Notes: generated from the sequence alone by a model not told the origin. Counted from the stretch's first letter, positions 1 to 8,590 are shown. The stretch is DNA of 64,000 nucleotides from a virus (IMGVR_UViG_3300036829_000172:126195-190194); one strand, 5' to 3'. Numbers and translations: made by a program.

Positions 1-36
1 GCTACCGCTCGGGGGGGCTCTGACCTCGTAGACTTT

Positions 37-195
37 GGTACGCCCGTCCCACTTGCGGCGGCGTTATGGTACGCGCGTACCCATTTGCGGCGGCGTATAT
101 GTCAGGACATGCGGACATAGTAGTGGTACGCGCGTACCGGTCTATACGGTTGCCCCCACAGTACCGCCCACGGTATCTAGTGGTACGCGCGTACC
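37..195. repeat. Array of the 14-bp perfect palindrome GGTACGCGCGTACC. Perfect copies at 68-81, 125-138 and 182-195 (57-bp period); degenerate copy at 37-50. Each is followed by a short conserved flank (ttgcggcggcg after copies 1-2).
   Basis: read directly in sequence. Confidence 0.85.
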
Positions 196-392
196 GGTAC
201 ATACCGTCGGCCCAACGGTAACCGCGAGCGAAGTGTTCGAAAACTGAACATTCAAATAATGAACACCTAGCGCACGAGCGAGCTGGGCCGACGAGGGTTG
301 CGACCAGTTGACATAAGGGTGCCCCCCTGGCATTATTGACATTGGGAGCAGTCCGTTCCCAAAGCAGTCCCCACGAGAGAAACGAGAGAACA

Positions 393-1136
393 ATGAGCGA
401 AGTCAACGGCAATAATCCCACAACGGGTGAGGCACATCCGGAGGTGACGGATGAGCAAGCCGCCAAGCGGGCCAAGCGCACGGCCGCAGAACAGTTGCGG
501 GCGGGCAAGCGGTTCGACGCTACGCTGATCAAAACGCTGGTCAATACGGCCAAGGGCCTTGACGAGCTGGCGGTCGCAATCGTCAATTGTCAGGCGCCGG
601 TGCAGGTGGAGATCGACGGGGAGCTGGTCGACGGTCCCGCGCCGTGGCAGCTGGTGACGGACGAGGACGGCAAACCGTTCGGTTCGTGGCAGCTGTACCT
701 GTCGGATCGGATGGCGGGGCACACGTTCCTGCACAAGATCATGCGGGATGAGGTGATCACGCTTTTGCTGGAGTCGGGTATGAGTATTCGCGAGGCAGCA
801 AGGGCGGCGAATGCCAGCGTTGGGACCGTGGCGGGTGTCAAGGCACGGGCAGCGCGCCCGGGCGGTGAGTCCGCGGGTACGGTGTCCACCCCGGTCAGTG
901 CAACGGCCAAGCTGGTGACGCAAGTCGAGAACGCGCTCACCAAGCTGACTGACAAGGTGGGCGAGTTGAGCGACGACGACCTGGAGAAGCTCCGCGACCT
1001 CACAGTCAAGACTGGTAAGAAGCTGGCGGCTATGCAGAAGCTTCGCGTCCAGGCGGCAGAAGCCGTGCAGAAGCCGGAGTCGGAGACACCCGCACCGGCA
1101 CCGAAGCCGGGGCAGCGCGTCAAGACCGCGGCCTAG
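393..1136 (+). CDS. hypothetical protein with helix-turn-helix-like segment (GMSIREAARAANASVGTVAG)
   Basis: ORF 336..1136 trimmed to the ATG that follows the leader ...ccacgagagaaacgagagaacaATG. Confidence 0.7.
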   Translation: MSEVNGNNPTTGEAHPEVTDEQAAKRAKRTAAEQLRAGKRFDATLIKTLVNTAKGLDELAVAIVNCQAPVQVEIDGELVDGPAPWQLVTDEDGKPFGSWQLYLSDRMAGHTFLHKIMRDEVITLLLESGMSIREAARAANASVGTVAGVKARAARPGGESAGTVSTPVSATAKLVTQVENALTKLTDKVGELSDDDLEKLRDLTVKTGKKLAAMQKLRVQAAEAVQKPESETPAPAPKPGQRVKTAA

Positions 1137-1142
1137 CGGGCG

Positions 1143-1172
1143 GGCGGGCGGGTGTCACCACACCCGCCCGCC
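1143..1172 (+). terminator. hairpin: 13-bp GC-rich stem (ggcgggcgggtgt/acacccgcccgcc), 4-nt loop, no U-tract
   Basis: seen in sequence, directly downstream of CDS 393..1136. Confidence 0.4.
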
Positions 1173-1210
1173 ATCACCCCGCCCAGCACCCAACCCACAT
1201 AGCGCGCGCC

Positions 1211-1243
1211 CTACCCCACCCCGTGGCCATCGGGGTGGGGTAG
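1211..1243 (+). terminator. second perfect 13-bp-stem hairpin (ctaccccaccccg / cggggtggggtag, loop tggccat)
   Basis: seen in sequence. Confidence 0.35.
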
Positions 1244-1284
1244 TCGTGTCTGTAGGGCAGGGCGGGCCGAGTCGGGCCTTGACT

Positions 1285-1342
1285 GACCACGCCCCCGGTA
1301 TCCACCCCGCGCGGACCACGCCCCCGGTATCCACCCCGCGCG
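1285..1342. repeat. perfect 29-bp tandem duplication gaccacgcccccggtatccaccccgcgcg x2
   Basis: seen in sequence. Confidence 0.9.
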
Positions 1343-1348
1343 TGCGCG

Positions 1349-1524
1349 CATCGGGCAACGCGCCAATCCATGCGCCGCATCGGCCAGAACGTCAATCCGT
1401 GCGCGCATCGGCCAGAACCGCTATTCAATTTTTGAACACCCCCCCACGAGAGAACAGGGAAAACAACCCCCCATGAGTACCAACAACAACCAGCCGCATC
1501 GGCCAGAACGCCAATCGGGCGCCG
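1349..1524. repeat. degenerate ~30-bp direct repeats (catcggccagaacg(c/t)caatcc(g)tgcgc). Three copies are intergenic and a fourth lies inside the start of the next CDS; iteron-like.
   Basis: seen in sequence. Confidence 0.5.
1421..1470 (+). promoter_or_regulatory. conserved leader motif copy (tattcaatttttgaacacccccccacgagagaacagg)
   Basis: IR ttcaN5tgaa + CACGAGAGA + ATG. Confidence 0.6.
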
Positions 1525-1862
1525 CACAGGCCGGCCCGTGGATACACGACCACCGGCGGGCGGCCCACGCACAGGCGCAGGCGCCAACCACCACCCCACC
1601 CGCCCCCATCACGTGGCGCGCCGCGGTCGTGGAGCGCGCCGCGGTCGTGGAGCTGGACCGTGCCACCCGCGCGTACCACCAAGCGATCGACGCGACCGAG
1701 CGGGCGGCGGCCGCGTGCAATTTCGCGTGGTACGACGCCGCGCGTAGCACAGAGCGGGAAGCGGCCGCCCGGTACGCGCTGGCTGTGCGTAGCGCGTATG
1801 TCGCGCGCAGCACGGCGCGTCGTTCCCTGGAAGCCGAGGATGGTGGGCAATGGTCTGTCTGA
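1473..1862 (+). CDS. hypothetical protein
   Basis: ORF; ATG directly after leader motif. Confidence 0.7.
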   Translation: MSTNNNQPHRPERQSGAAQAGPWIHDHRRAAHAQAQAPTTTPPAPITWRAAVVERAAVVELDRATRAYHQAIDATERAAAACNFAWYDAARSTEREAAARYALAVRSAYVARSTARRSLEAEDGGQWSV

Positions 1863-2053
1863 AAGTGACCCACGTCGACACCGCGCAGGGCCGGTACACC
1901 GTGGCGCTGTTCGTGACGGGCATCGACTACGAGGTCAATGTGCGCGATCCGCGCCGGCAGTGGACGGTTGTGGGTCGGTTTGACCCTGAGCAGCGCGACG
2001 CGGCGCATGCGCTGTACGCGTCCACGGTGCGGGAGTTAACGCCCGCGGTGTGA
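1850..2053 (+). CDS. hypothetical protein
   Basis: ORF; start overlaps the upstream stop (ATGgtctgtcTGA). Confidence 0.5.
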   Translation: MVCLKVTHVDTAQGRYTVALFVTGIDYEVNVRDPRRQWTVVGRFDPEQRDAAHALYASTVRELTPAV

Positions 2054-2165
2054 GTCAACCTGCCGTGCACGGTCGGGATTATTACTGCCCGTGCACGGCG
2101 TGATGGACTCAACCGGCGGTTCAGGCGAATGATTGCGGGAGTCTTATGCCTGTATTAAGTACGCG

Positions 2166-2193
2166 TGACATAAGGACCGGAGGCCGGTAGAAT
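2166..2193 (+). promoter_or_regulatory. SigA-type promoter copy 1: -35 TGACAT (2166-2171), 16-nt spacer, -10 TAGAAT (2188-2193)
   Basis: one of three ~45-bp near-identical elements (gcgtgacataaggaccgg...ggtagaatagtagttggaag); followed by leader + ATG at 2251. Confidence 0.55.
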
Positions 2194-2250
2194 AGTAGTT
2201 GGAAGTGGAAAGAAACACCCCACTCCCCCCACGAGAGAAGGAAGCCAGAA

Positions 2251-2499
2251 ATGAACAACACCATCGTTGCGCTTGCGGCAGCAGCGGCGGCGGCGAAGGT
2301 CTCGCAGGGCCATGCGGGACGCAATCCCGACATAAGCACAACCGTTCACAAAATGAACACCCCGCGAGAGAGAGAAACCGAAATGAGCAAACGCGAAATT
2401 ATTGCGCGCGTCGTGCGCGTCGCGTGGTTCTGCGGCGCGATATGCGTTGCGTTGGCCGCGGCCGGGCTGGGCGCGCTGATTCTGGGCGTGCTGCGATGA
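2251..2499 (+). CDS. small membrane protein. The frame reads through an internal copy of the leader motif; alternative internal start at 2383 gives a 38-aa TM peptide.
   Basis: ORF; promoter copy 1 + cacgagagaagga leader upstream of 2251. Second motif copy (2344-2382) lies in frame. Confidence 0.55.
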   Translation: MNNTIVALAAAAAAAKVSQGHAGRNPDISTTVHKMNTPRERETEMSKREIIARVVRVAWFCGAICVALAAAGLGALILGVLR

Positions 2500-2585
2500 A
2501 CACCGTAGCGGCGGCGATGGTGGCTGCCGCATTCCTGATCGGCCTGGCGTATCTGGCCATGGCGCTCACCGTCAACCACCAATAA
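2496..2585 (+). CDS. 29-aa hydrophobic peptide (MNTVAAAMVAAAFLIGLAYLAMALTVNHQ)
   Basis: ATGA overlap with upstream stop; very short. Confidence 0.3.
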   Translation: MNTVAAAMVAAAFLIGLAYLAMALTVNHQ

Positions 2586-2590
2586 CCCGA

Positions 2591-2646
2591 CTGTTCAAAA
2601 AATGAGCATTCAAAAAATGAACACCCCACGAGAAAGGGACACCGAA
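2591..2646 (+). promoter_or_regulatory. conserved leader motif, duplicated IR (ttcaaaaaatgagcattcaaaaaatgaacaccccacgagaaagg)
   Basis: seen in sequence. Confidence 0.6.
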
Positions 2647-2874
2647 ATGAGCAACACACCGATCAACCGAAGCGACTGCCAGTGTGGTGTGTGCGCGATG
2701 CTGGCGACAGCCACACCCACGCTGCACACCCACGCGACCCAGCGGGCGGCGCAGCAGTGCATACAACCGGGATGCGTCCCACCCATGTCCCGCCGGCACG
2801 TGATGCGGGCAGTGTTCAACGTCGTTGCTGAGCAGCACAGCGAAGCACTCCAGAAGCTGGCCGAACATGAGTGA
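2647..2874 (+). CDS. hypothetical Cys-rich protein (CQCGVC)
   Basis: ORF 2602..2874 trimmed to ATG after motif. Confidence 0.6.
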   Translation: MSNTPINRSDCQCGVCAMLATATPTLHTHATQRAAQQCIQPGCVPPMSRRHVMRAVFNVVAEQHSEALQKLAEHE

Positions 2875-3271
2875 GAACAGCGCGTTGGAGAACGAGCGGG
2901 CGTATCAGGCTGCGGTCAAAGCCGAGATTGCATCTCGGCGCAGCGACACCGACACGATTGAAGTGACCATGCCGGAGGATGCGTGGTTTGACGCGCAGCA
3001 CCGAGTTGACGTCGTGACCTACGACGACAGCGGGCCGGAGCGCCGCTACGTGCGCAGATGGTACTGGGCAACCGACGTCGAGGTGGAGGCGGCGTGGACG
3101 CATTGGGGCGAGCGGGGCGATTGGAACGCCGCGCTTCCCCTGTACTTCCCCACGCAGCGGAAGGCGAGCGCAATGGTCATCCACGCGCACCTGGACCGCG
3201 AGCGCGGAGTACGGGTGATAGACAGCTGGCCACCGTCCAGGATCGACGCGCAAGAGGTGGTGGCGTCATGA
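2867..3271 (+). CDS. hypothetical protein
   Basis: ATGAGTGA overlap with upstream stop. Confidence 0.65.
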   Translation: MSENSALENERAYQAAVKAEIASRRSDTDTIEVTMPEDAWFDAQHRVDVVTYDDSGPERRYVRRWYWATDVEVEAAWTHWGERGDWNAALPLYFPTQRKASAMVIHAHLDRERGVRVIDSWPPSRIDAQEVVAS

Positions 3272-3486
3272 GTCTGACGAACGTGGCTGATCAGCAGCGG
3301 CAGCTGCGGCAGGGCTGCGAGCGGTGCGGAGCGGGCGCGGTGCAGCAGGTGACGCTGCCCAGCGGGGCGGATCTGCGGTTCTGCGGGCACCACTACAACG
3401 AGCACAAAGACGCGTTCGCGGCGCTCGGATACACGGTGGTGGCGCTGTCGGGCGGCAAGCCAGCCGAGTCGCATCCGCTGTTCTGA
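3268..3486 (+). CDS. hypothetical protein, zinc-ribbon-like (CERCG...CGHH)
   Basis: ATGA overlap start. Confidence 0.55.
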   Translation: MSLTNVADQQRQLRQGCERCGAGAVQQVTLPSGADLRFCGHHYNEHKDAFAALGYTVVALSGGKPAESHPLF

Positions 3487-3578
3487 GCGTCGGTCATGTG
3501 CGGTTACCCCAGAGCGACGCGCGATCACTCTGGGGCTACCGGGCAGAAGCCCGCACCCACGAGAGAGGACACAACCAC

Positions 3579-3938
3579 ATGAATGGACGCACGAAACTGA
3601 TCGCTGGCGGCGTGGCCGCTGGCGGTTTCATGCTGATAGGCGGCGCGCTCGTCGTCGGCGCGGGTATCGCCCGGGCCGACGTTGACGGCTACGCCTACGG
3701 CGGCGGGTCGATGGGCGACCGCGACGCGTACAGCTACTGGAACCAGACCGACGGCCTCGGTGTGTCCGCGACCGTAGCCGACGCGCAGCACTTCGCGGGC
3801 ACGGTTTGCGACCAGCGGGCCGCTGGTGTGTCCGAGGGCAAGCTGGTCAGCTGGGCCGCCGACGGCGGCTTCGACACTGTCGTGGCGCGTCTGGTCGTGC
3901 ACGGCGCCGAGTTCCACTTCTGCCCCACCTACTACTGA
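3579..3938 (+). CDS. secreted/membrane-anchored protein (N-terminal hydrophobic signal-like segment)
   Basis: cacccacgagagaggacacaaccacATG leader. Confidence 0.65.
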   Translation: MNGRTKLIAGGVAAGGFMLIGGALVVGAGIARADVDGYAYGGGSMGDRDAYSYWNQTDGLGVSATVADAQHFAGTVCDQRAAGVSEGKLVSWAADGGFDTVVARLVVHGAEFHFCPTYY

Positions 3939-3940
3939 CC

Positions 3941-4012
3941 CTCTGCCGCCCGGGGTGTTCATTCCGTGAACACCCCGGCAGCGGCTGCATCCAACCGAGA
4001 GAGGAAACCAAG
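3941..4012 (+). promoter_or_regulatory. leader motif copy (gtgttcattccgtgaacaccc...)
   Basis: IR gttcaN5tgaac. Confidence 0.55.
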
Positions 4013-4014
4013 AG

Positions 4015-4380
4015 ATGGACAGCATGGAATCGGTGCATCGCACCGACCTGGCGCGCCTGGAAGCGTTGGACGACCTGCGGCTGCTGCTGCAGAAGGCGGA
4101 GCTGGCGACCCGCTGGGTCGTGCAGCTGCAGGGCCTGGGCGGTGCGGGTCGCGGCGAGCATTGCCTGCGCGACCCCGCGGATCGGGCCAACGCGCGGCGC
4201 AATGCGGAGGAGCTGGCGCGCGAAACCAGCAGCGTGGCACGCGAAGCAATCGACAACGTCGCCAGCGGCCACCCGCGCAAACTGACCGACCTGCTCGAAC
4301 GCGTGACGCACTACGAGCGCCGCGTTCGGGCGCTGTGCCAGATGGGCGGGCTGCATATGGGCAACGAGCGGCTCTGGTAG
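4015..4380 (+). CDS. hypothetical protein
   Basis: ORF after motif. Confidence 0.7.
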   Translation: MDSMESVHRTDLARLEALDDLRLLLQKAELATRWVVQLQGLGGAGRGEHCLRDPADRANARRNAEELARETSSVAREAIDNVASGHPRKLTDLLERVTHYERRVRALCQMGGLHMGNERLW

Positions 4381-4488
4381 AGCCATGCGCGGTACTGACA
4401 CCACGGAGGGGAGCACACCCGAGCGCTCGGGTGTGTTGCCTCCTGTCGTGTTTCAGACAGGAACACCCACGAGAAATTGGAGAGAACC

Positions 4489-4761
4489 ATGCGTGAGCAG
4501 GGAAAGCATGTGCGTGCCATCGACGTGTTCCCCGGCGACTACGTGCTGTCCATCGACGGTAAGTCGATCGGCGCCAAAGTCGCTGACGTGATCGGCGACG
4601 GCACCGGCGGTGTGCGGATCGAGTTCAAGGGACGCAAGACCCACTACTGGGCCGGGCCGCGCGGCACGTACGTCCGCGTTCAGGTCAAGACCTCGTACGC
4701 CGCCGACGGTGTCACCAACAGCAAGGCGTACGCGTCGGCCCGAGCCGCCGCCGGTATCTGA
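4489..4761 (+). CDS. hypothetical protein
   Basis: cacccacgagaaattggagagaaccATG leader. Confidence 0.65.
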   Translation: MREQGKHVRAIDVFPGDYVLSIDGKSIGAKVADVIGDGTGGVRIEFKGRKTHYWAGPRGTYVRVQVKTSYAADGVTNSKAYASARAAAGI

Positions 4762-4763
4762 AC

Positions 4764-5075
4764 ATGCAGGAATACCGCAGAACCATCCCGGACGGCCGTG
4801 ACTACCACCGTGTGCATCTCGGCGAGCTCGACGAGGTCAACACCGGCGGCAGCTACGCGTTCCCGACGCTGCCAGCCGCCACACGGTTCGCTGTCAAGCA
4901 CGAGCAGATCGCGGCGGCGCGTGGCGTCGACCGTGTGGTGCTGATCATCTACCCCGGCGGCGAGCTGGTCACCGACTCGCGCGGCCGGTACTGGGACGGT
5001 CAGCAGTGGCGGCAGGTGGCGGCGGCCGAACACAACACAACAACAAGGAAGGAAACGAAACCCGATGAAGCATGA
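4764..5075 (+). CDS. hypothetical protein
   Basis: ORF. Confidence 0.6.
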   Translation: MQEYRRTIPDGRDYHRVHLGELDEVNTGGSYAFPTLPAATRFAVKHEQIAAARGVDRVVLIIYPGGELVTDSRGRYWDGQQWRQVAAAEHNTTTRKETKPDEA

Positions 5076-5213
5076 GAAGGTCGGCGTCGACCCGGCAACC
5101 GGCAAGAACCAGTGCCGTTGCGGTGAACTGGGATTTGACCATATCCGCGAGGTGCTGATGTCCGCGCAGCACATCGCGGACATGGTTTTCGGCCGAGAAA
5201 GGGATGACCGATG
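5064..5213 (+). CDS. 49-aa hypothetical protein (MKHEKVGVDPATGKNQCRCGELGF...)
   Basis: SD-like aaggaaggaaacgaaacccgATG; ATGA junction with next gene; below the 60-aa ORF cutoff. Confidence 0.35.
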
Positions 5214-5591
5214 AGACGCAACTACAACAACCGCCGCGGCGGCGGGTCACGGTGGATGCATCTGCACTACGCCGGCATCTGCAAAGTCTGCGGCGAAAAG
5301 CTGCCCGCAGGCAGCCACGCGTTCTGGGACGTGGCCGCGAAAACCGTCACATGCGACAGCCTGGACTGCGCGGAAGCTGACGGCCTGACCACCAACGAGC
5401 CGCTGACCGGGCCGTGGGACAAACGCAGCGACACCCGCGTGCTGACCGGTCAGCGTATCGGTGCCCCAGCGCCGGTCAGTCACAGCGCACCGACACGCGC
5501 CTACACGGTGCGGTTCAACAGCGGCGCCGAAATGAGCGTGAACGCTCGCGGCCGGTGCGAGGACGCGCCGTGCTGCGGGTGCTGCACCTGA
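5211..5591 (+). CDS. hypothetical Cys-rich protein
   Basis: ORF, ATGA overlap. Confidence 0.6.
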   Translation: MRRNYNNRRGGGSRWMHLHYAGICKVCGEKLPAGSHAFWDVAAKTVTCDSLDCAEADGLTTNEPLTGPWDKRSDTRVLTGQRIGAPAPVSHSAPTRAYTVRFNSGAEMSVNARGRCEDAPCCGCCT

Positions 5592-5657
5592 CCGGGCGTT
5601 CAAAAGTTCAAAAAATGAACACAACATCCGAACGAGAAAACAGAAGAGAGAGAGCAG
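5591..5657 (+). promoter_or_regulatory. leader motif copy (gttcaaaagttcaaaaaatgaacacaac...gagagagagcagATG)
   Basis: seen. Confidence 0.6.
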
Positions 5658-6071
5658 ATGACTGACAGCGTAGAGAGCAACGACGGAACCGACGGGCCAT
5701 CGACATTCGAGAAGGTGGTGCTGGTGACGATCGCCGCCAACACCGCCGTGCTCGTGTGGGGGCTGTGTGATCACCACCACGAAGAACTGATCGACCCGAT
5801 GCACACCGGGTTCCTGGCGTTTTTCGTCGTCGAGCTGCTGGTGCGGCTGCGGGCGGCGGGGTCGCTGCGCGTATTCATGGCCAGCGGCTGGAATGTGTTC
5901 GATTCGGTCGTGATCGGGCTGTCGCTGCTGCCGGTGCTCGGTGTCGGTGTCACCCTGCTGCGGGTGGCGCGCGGGGCGCGTGTCCTGCACAGCCTGCGTC
6001 ACGTCAGCCATCTACGCGCGGCCGGGTTTGTGCGGCTGTTCACCCGGCAGTCAGCAGAAGGAGAGGTCTGA
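5658..6071 (+). CDS. voltage-sensor-domain-like 4-TM protein. S4-like LLRVARGARVLHSLRHVSHLR with Arg at every third position; S2-like FFVVELLVRL; S3-like WNVFDSVVIGLSLLP.
   Basis: translation resembles S1-S4 of voltage-gated ion channels (ion_trans-like) with no pore domain. Confidence 0.6.
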   Translation: MTDSVESNDGTDGPSTFEKVVLVTIAANTAVLVWGLCDHHHEELIDPMHTGFLAFFVVELLVRLRAAGSLRVFMASGWNVFDSVVIGLSLLPVLGVGVTLLRVARGARVLHSLRHVSHLRAAGFVRLFTRQSAEGEV

Positions 6072-6150
6072 ACCAACTTGCAGCGCCCGTCTCGTACGGG
6101 CGGTGCGTGATGGGTTCAAGCCAGGAGCCATCAACCCCACGAGAGAGAGC

Positions 6151-6197
6151 CCTGGTGCTCAGAAATTGAACACCACACCCACGAGAGAGAGAACACC
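6151..6197 (+). promoter_or_regulatory. leader motif copy
   Basis: gctcagaaattgaacaccacacccacgagagagag. Confidence 0.55.
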
Positions 6198-6380
6198 ATG
6201 AACAACAACATCGCCGGGTTTCCGGCCACGTCACGCAGCGAGGAACTGATGATGGGGGCGCGCACCACGCGTCGTCGTCGTCGCAGTGCCTGGGGGCCGC
6301 CGCTGGGTGACATCCGGGTAGGACAACCCGTGTACAGGCCGTTGGTCACCACGGCCGAACCCGCAGACGAGACGAGGTAA
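6198..6380 (+). CDS. hypothetical protein
   Basis: ORF after motif. Confidence 0.5.
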   Translation: MNNNIAGFPATSRSEELMMGARTTRRRRRSAWGPPLGDIRVGQPVYRPLVTTAEPADETR

Positions 6381-6386
6381 CACCAG

Positions 6387-6617
6387 ATGCGGACAATGAT
6401 CGCGGCGTTGGCGCTGGCCTTGGCCGGCGCCGGCGTCGCGTGTCCGGCGGCGGCTGCGGCCAGCCCGAACGAGGACGAGGGTGGCTGGTCGTGCGTCGAT
6501 GACGGTAACCATGTGTGCGGGCCGGGTAATGCGGAAGGTAAACCGGCCGCGTGTTATGACGAGGGCGGCGTGATTGTGGCGCTGTGGCCGTGCCAGCCCG
6601 TGAGGCCGCAGCGGTGA
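6387..6617 (+). CDS. small secreted/lipoprotein-like protein (LALAGAGVAC lipobox-like, Cys-rich)
   Basis: ORF. Confidence 0.55.
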   Translation: MRTMIAALALALAGAGVACPAAAAASPNEDEGGWSCVDDGNHVCGPGNAEGKPAACYDEGGVIVALWPCQPVRPQR

Positions 6618-6961
6618 GCGCCGTGGAAGGCTTCGAGGCTCTCACGCGGGAGCAGCAGAAGCAGATGCTCGAATGGTTCATGCATCGAATCAAGTTCGAG
6701 CAGCGTGAGGAGCTGGCGGGTTCGTTACCGGCCGCGTACAACGCGTGGTGCGGCAGCGAGGTCGTCAAGGTTGTCAGCGTCAAGGATCCTGAGCGTGTTT
6801 GGCGCACCACGCGCACGGAGTTTGTCGGCAACGGTGGAGTCGGCCGGTTGATCAAGGTCAGGGTGGGGGAACCGGCTCCAGCGCTCACTGACGACGGTGA
6901 GACAGACGATGTTCAAGAATTGAACGCACCACGAGAAAGAGAGGGAAACCGAAATGGCTGA
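6614..6961 (+). CDS. hypothetical protein; 3' end reads through a leader motif copy (6901-6953)
   Basis: GTGA overlap start; stop overlaps next ATG. Confidence 0.5.
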   Translation: MSAVEGFEALTREQQKQMLEWFMHRIKFEQREELAGSLPAAYNAWCGSEVVKVVSVKDPERVWRTTRTEFVGNGGVGRLIKVRVGEPAPALTDDGETDDVQELNAPREREGNRNG

Positions 6962-7439
6962 ATTTTTGGTGACGTGGGAGACGGACACCGACGACGATGA
7001 CGTGGAAACGCCTCGGGAAGCTGCGGAGCTTGCGCGCCGTATGCAAACCGCTCCCGGCAGTGTGGCTACCGTGTTTACGGTGCTGAACGTCGCGACAGGT
7101 GAAGCCACTGTCGTCGATCTGTACGACGAGGCGCCCGACAAACTCCGTGCAGGCCTGACGGATGGGCAGGCGATGGAGTTGATCCGGAGTCAGCTGTCGG
7201 GTGTCAGCTGGTCTCCGAGCACGTTTGAGGAGATAGCTCGCATCGTCCGGTTATCGGGTCGCGATGTGTTGGACGTGTCGCCGCCTGGCTGTGATGAGTG
7301 CGGAGCCGTCACCGAGCTTCGTGAAATGATCGAAGCTGAAGGCTTGGCAGGTCTATGGACCGCCGAAGTGGCCCGTGAGCGCTGCGAGCAATACGCAGCA
7401 CTGGCCGGGCATTTACTCGACCTTCTGGAAGCATCGTGA
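6954..7439 (+). CDS. hypothetical acidic protein
   Basis: ORF after motif. Confidence 0.7.
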   Translation: MAEFLVTWETDTDDDDVETPREAAELARRMQTAPGSVATVFTVLNVATGEATVVDLYDEAPDKLRAGLTDGQAMELIRSQLSGVSWSPSTFEEIARIVRLSGRDVLDVSPPGCDECGAVTELREMIEAEGLAGLWTAEVARERCEQYAALAGHLLDLLEAS

Positions 7440-7672
7440 GCGCTCCGTGCAAGGTCGGTGACCGTGTCCGGCTGACCGCGCCGATCCGCGACGAGTACCC
7501 GCCGCCGCGCAACGCGTCAACGCCGCCCGGCCTGCCCGCCGGGCTCGAGGGCACGGTCGACTGGGTCGGTCAGTGGGTCGACAGTTACACCCGTCAGATC
7601 GGGGTGAAGTGGGATAACGGTAGCCGGCTGATGCTGCTGGCTGACGTGGACCGTTTCGAGGTCATCTCATGA
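7436..7672 (+). CDS. hypothetical protein
   Basis: GTGA overlap. Confidence 0.55.
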   Translation: MSAPCKVGDRVRLTAPIRDEYPPPRNASTPPGLPAGLEGTVDWVGQWVDSYTRQIGVKWDNGSRLMLLADVDRFEVIS

Positions 7673-7815
7673 TGTGTCGCATTGATCAGTCGGCGGTCAA
7701 GGCCATCACCCCGGACGCGAACCGCAGCATTGTCGGCAACCATCCGCTGGCGATCGTCAGGTACGAGTGCGGGCATTGGGAGTTCGTCCGCCACGACAGC
7801 CTGGAGGAGTCATGA
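7669..7815 (+). CDS. 48-aa hypothetical protein
   Basis: ATGA overlaps both neighbours. Confidence 0.3.
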   Translation: MMCRIDQSAVKAITPDANRSIVGNHPLAIVRYECGHWEFVRHDSLEES

Positions 7816-8357
7816 GCTACGGCCAGATGGACCCAGAGGGTAGTTGGCCTACCGGCGGTGAGCGTTTGTTCGCCGACCACGTGACCGACGAGCAGGTCGA
7901 CGCTGCCGCAGCCGAGGTCGACGTGATGAATCGGCGGTTCCGTGAACGGTACGACGAGGGCGGGCGTGTGATTGTCACCGTGACGGGGCGGACGCCGTGG
8001 CACGGGTTCGTCCGTTACAAGCTGTCCAACGGATGGTTCATCGACGGCGCGACCAAGTCCTACCGCCGCCACATGGGCTACAAGTACGCGCTGTTTGAAC
8101 CCGGCGGTGACCCCTCAGGCTGCGCGGGGTTCCGCGGTGGGGCGCCGACGCTGAAACTGGCCGTGGCGGTGGCCAACGGTGCGGTCGTGTGCGGGCACGC
8201 GGACAGAGGGTGCCGCAGGATCGCCGTCGCGTCACACGCGGTGACGGTGAGCGGGACCAAAGGGTACGTGTTCCGCTGCGACGAGCACGCTACTGACGAG
8301 GACCAGCCGCTCGATGCCACGCCCGACTGGGACAGCTACAACGAGGTCATCTCGTGA
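7812..8357 (+). CDS. hypothetical protein
   Basis: ATGA overlap. Confidence 0.65.
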   Translation: MSYGQMDPEGSWPTGGERLFADHVTDEQVDAAAAEVDVMNRRFRERYDEGGRVIVTVTGRTPWHGFVRYKLSNGWFIDGATKSYRRHMGYKYALFEPGGDPSGCAGFRGGAPTLKLAVAVANGAVVCGHADRGCRRIAVASHAVTVSGTKGYVFRCDEHATDEDQPLDATPDWDSYNEVIS

Positions 8358-8578
8358 AGATCACGGCGGCGCGTGCGCTTGCCCGCAAGTCCACGCAGTA
8401 CGGGTATTTCGACCAGGGCGGCACGCTCTGGGTTGACTGCCCGCTACGCAAGGACGGCTGCACCCACCGACCCACGGCCACGTACAGCATGTGGGCGGCC
8501 GACGCGAAAGGTAAACGGCTCAGCAAGATCGAGCAGCTACGGCGCGAGGTCCTCGAGCACCTGCGGCACGCGCACTGA
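8354..8578 (+). CDS. hypothetical protein
   Basis: GTGA overlap. Confidence 0.55.
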   Translation: MKITAARALARKSTQYGYFDQGGTLWVDCPLRKDGCTHRPTATYSMWAADAKGKRLSKIEQLRREVLEHLRHAH

Positions 8579-8590
8579 CACCCAACCACT

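Noticed and set aside
35-247. ORF 35..247 (70 aa) and overlapping minus ORFs 2..586 and 142..393
   Set aside because: These are translations of the palindrome or direct-repeat array (GTRVP x3), not a coding region.
1174-1599. Minus-strand ORFs across the 1137-1600 repeat region
   Set aside because: High-GC spurious frames over hairpins and iterons; no start context.
2144-2341. Minus-strand ORFs 2144..2341 and 12063..12395 sharing the peptide LSTSNYYSTG..RSLCHA
   Set aside because: Both are reverse-strand translations of the duplicated promoter element.
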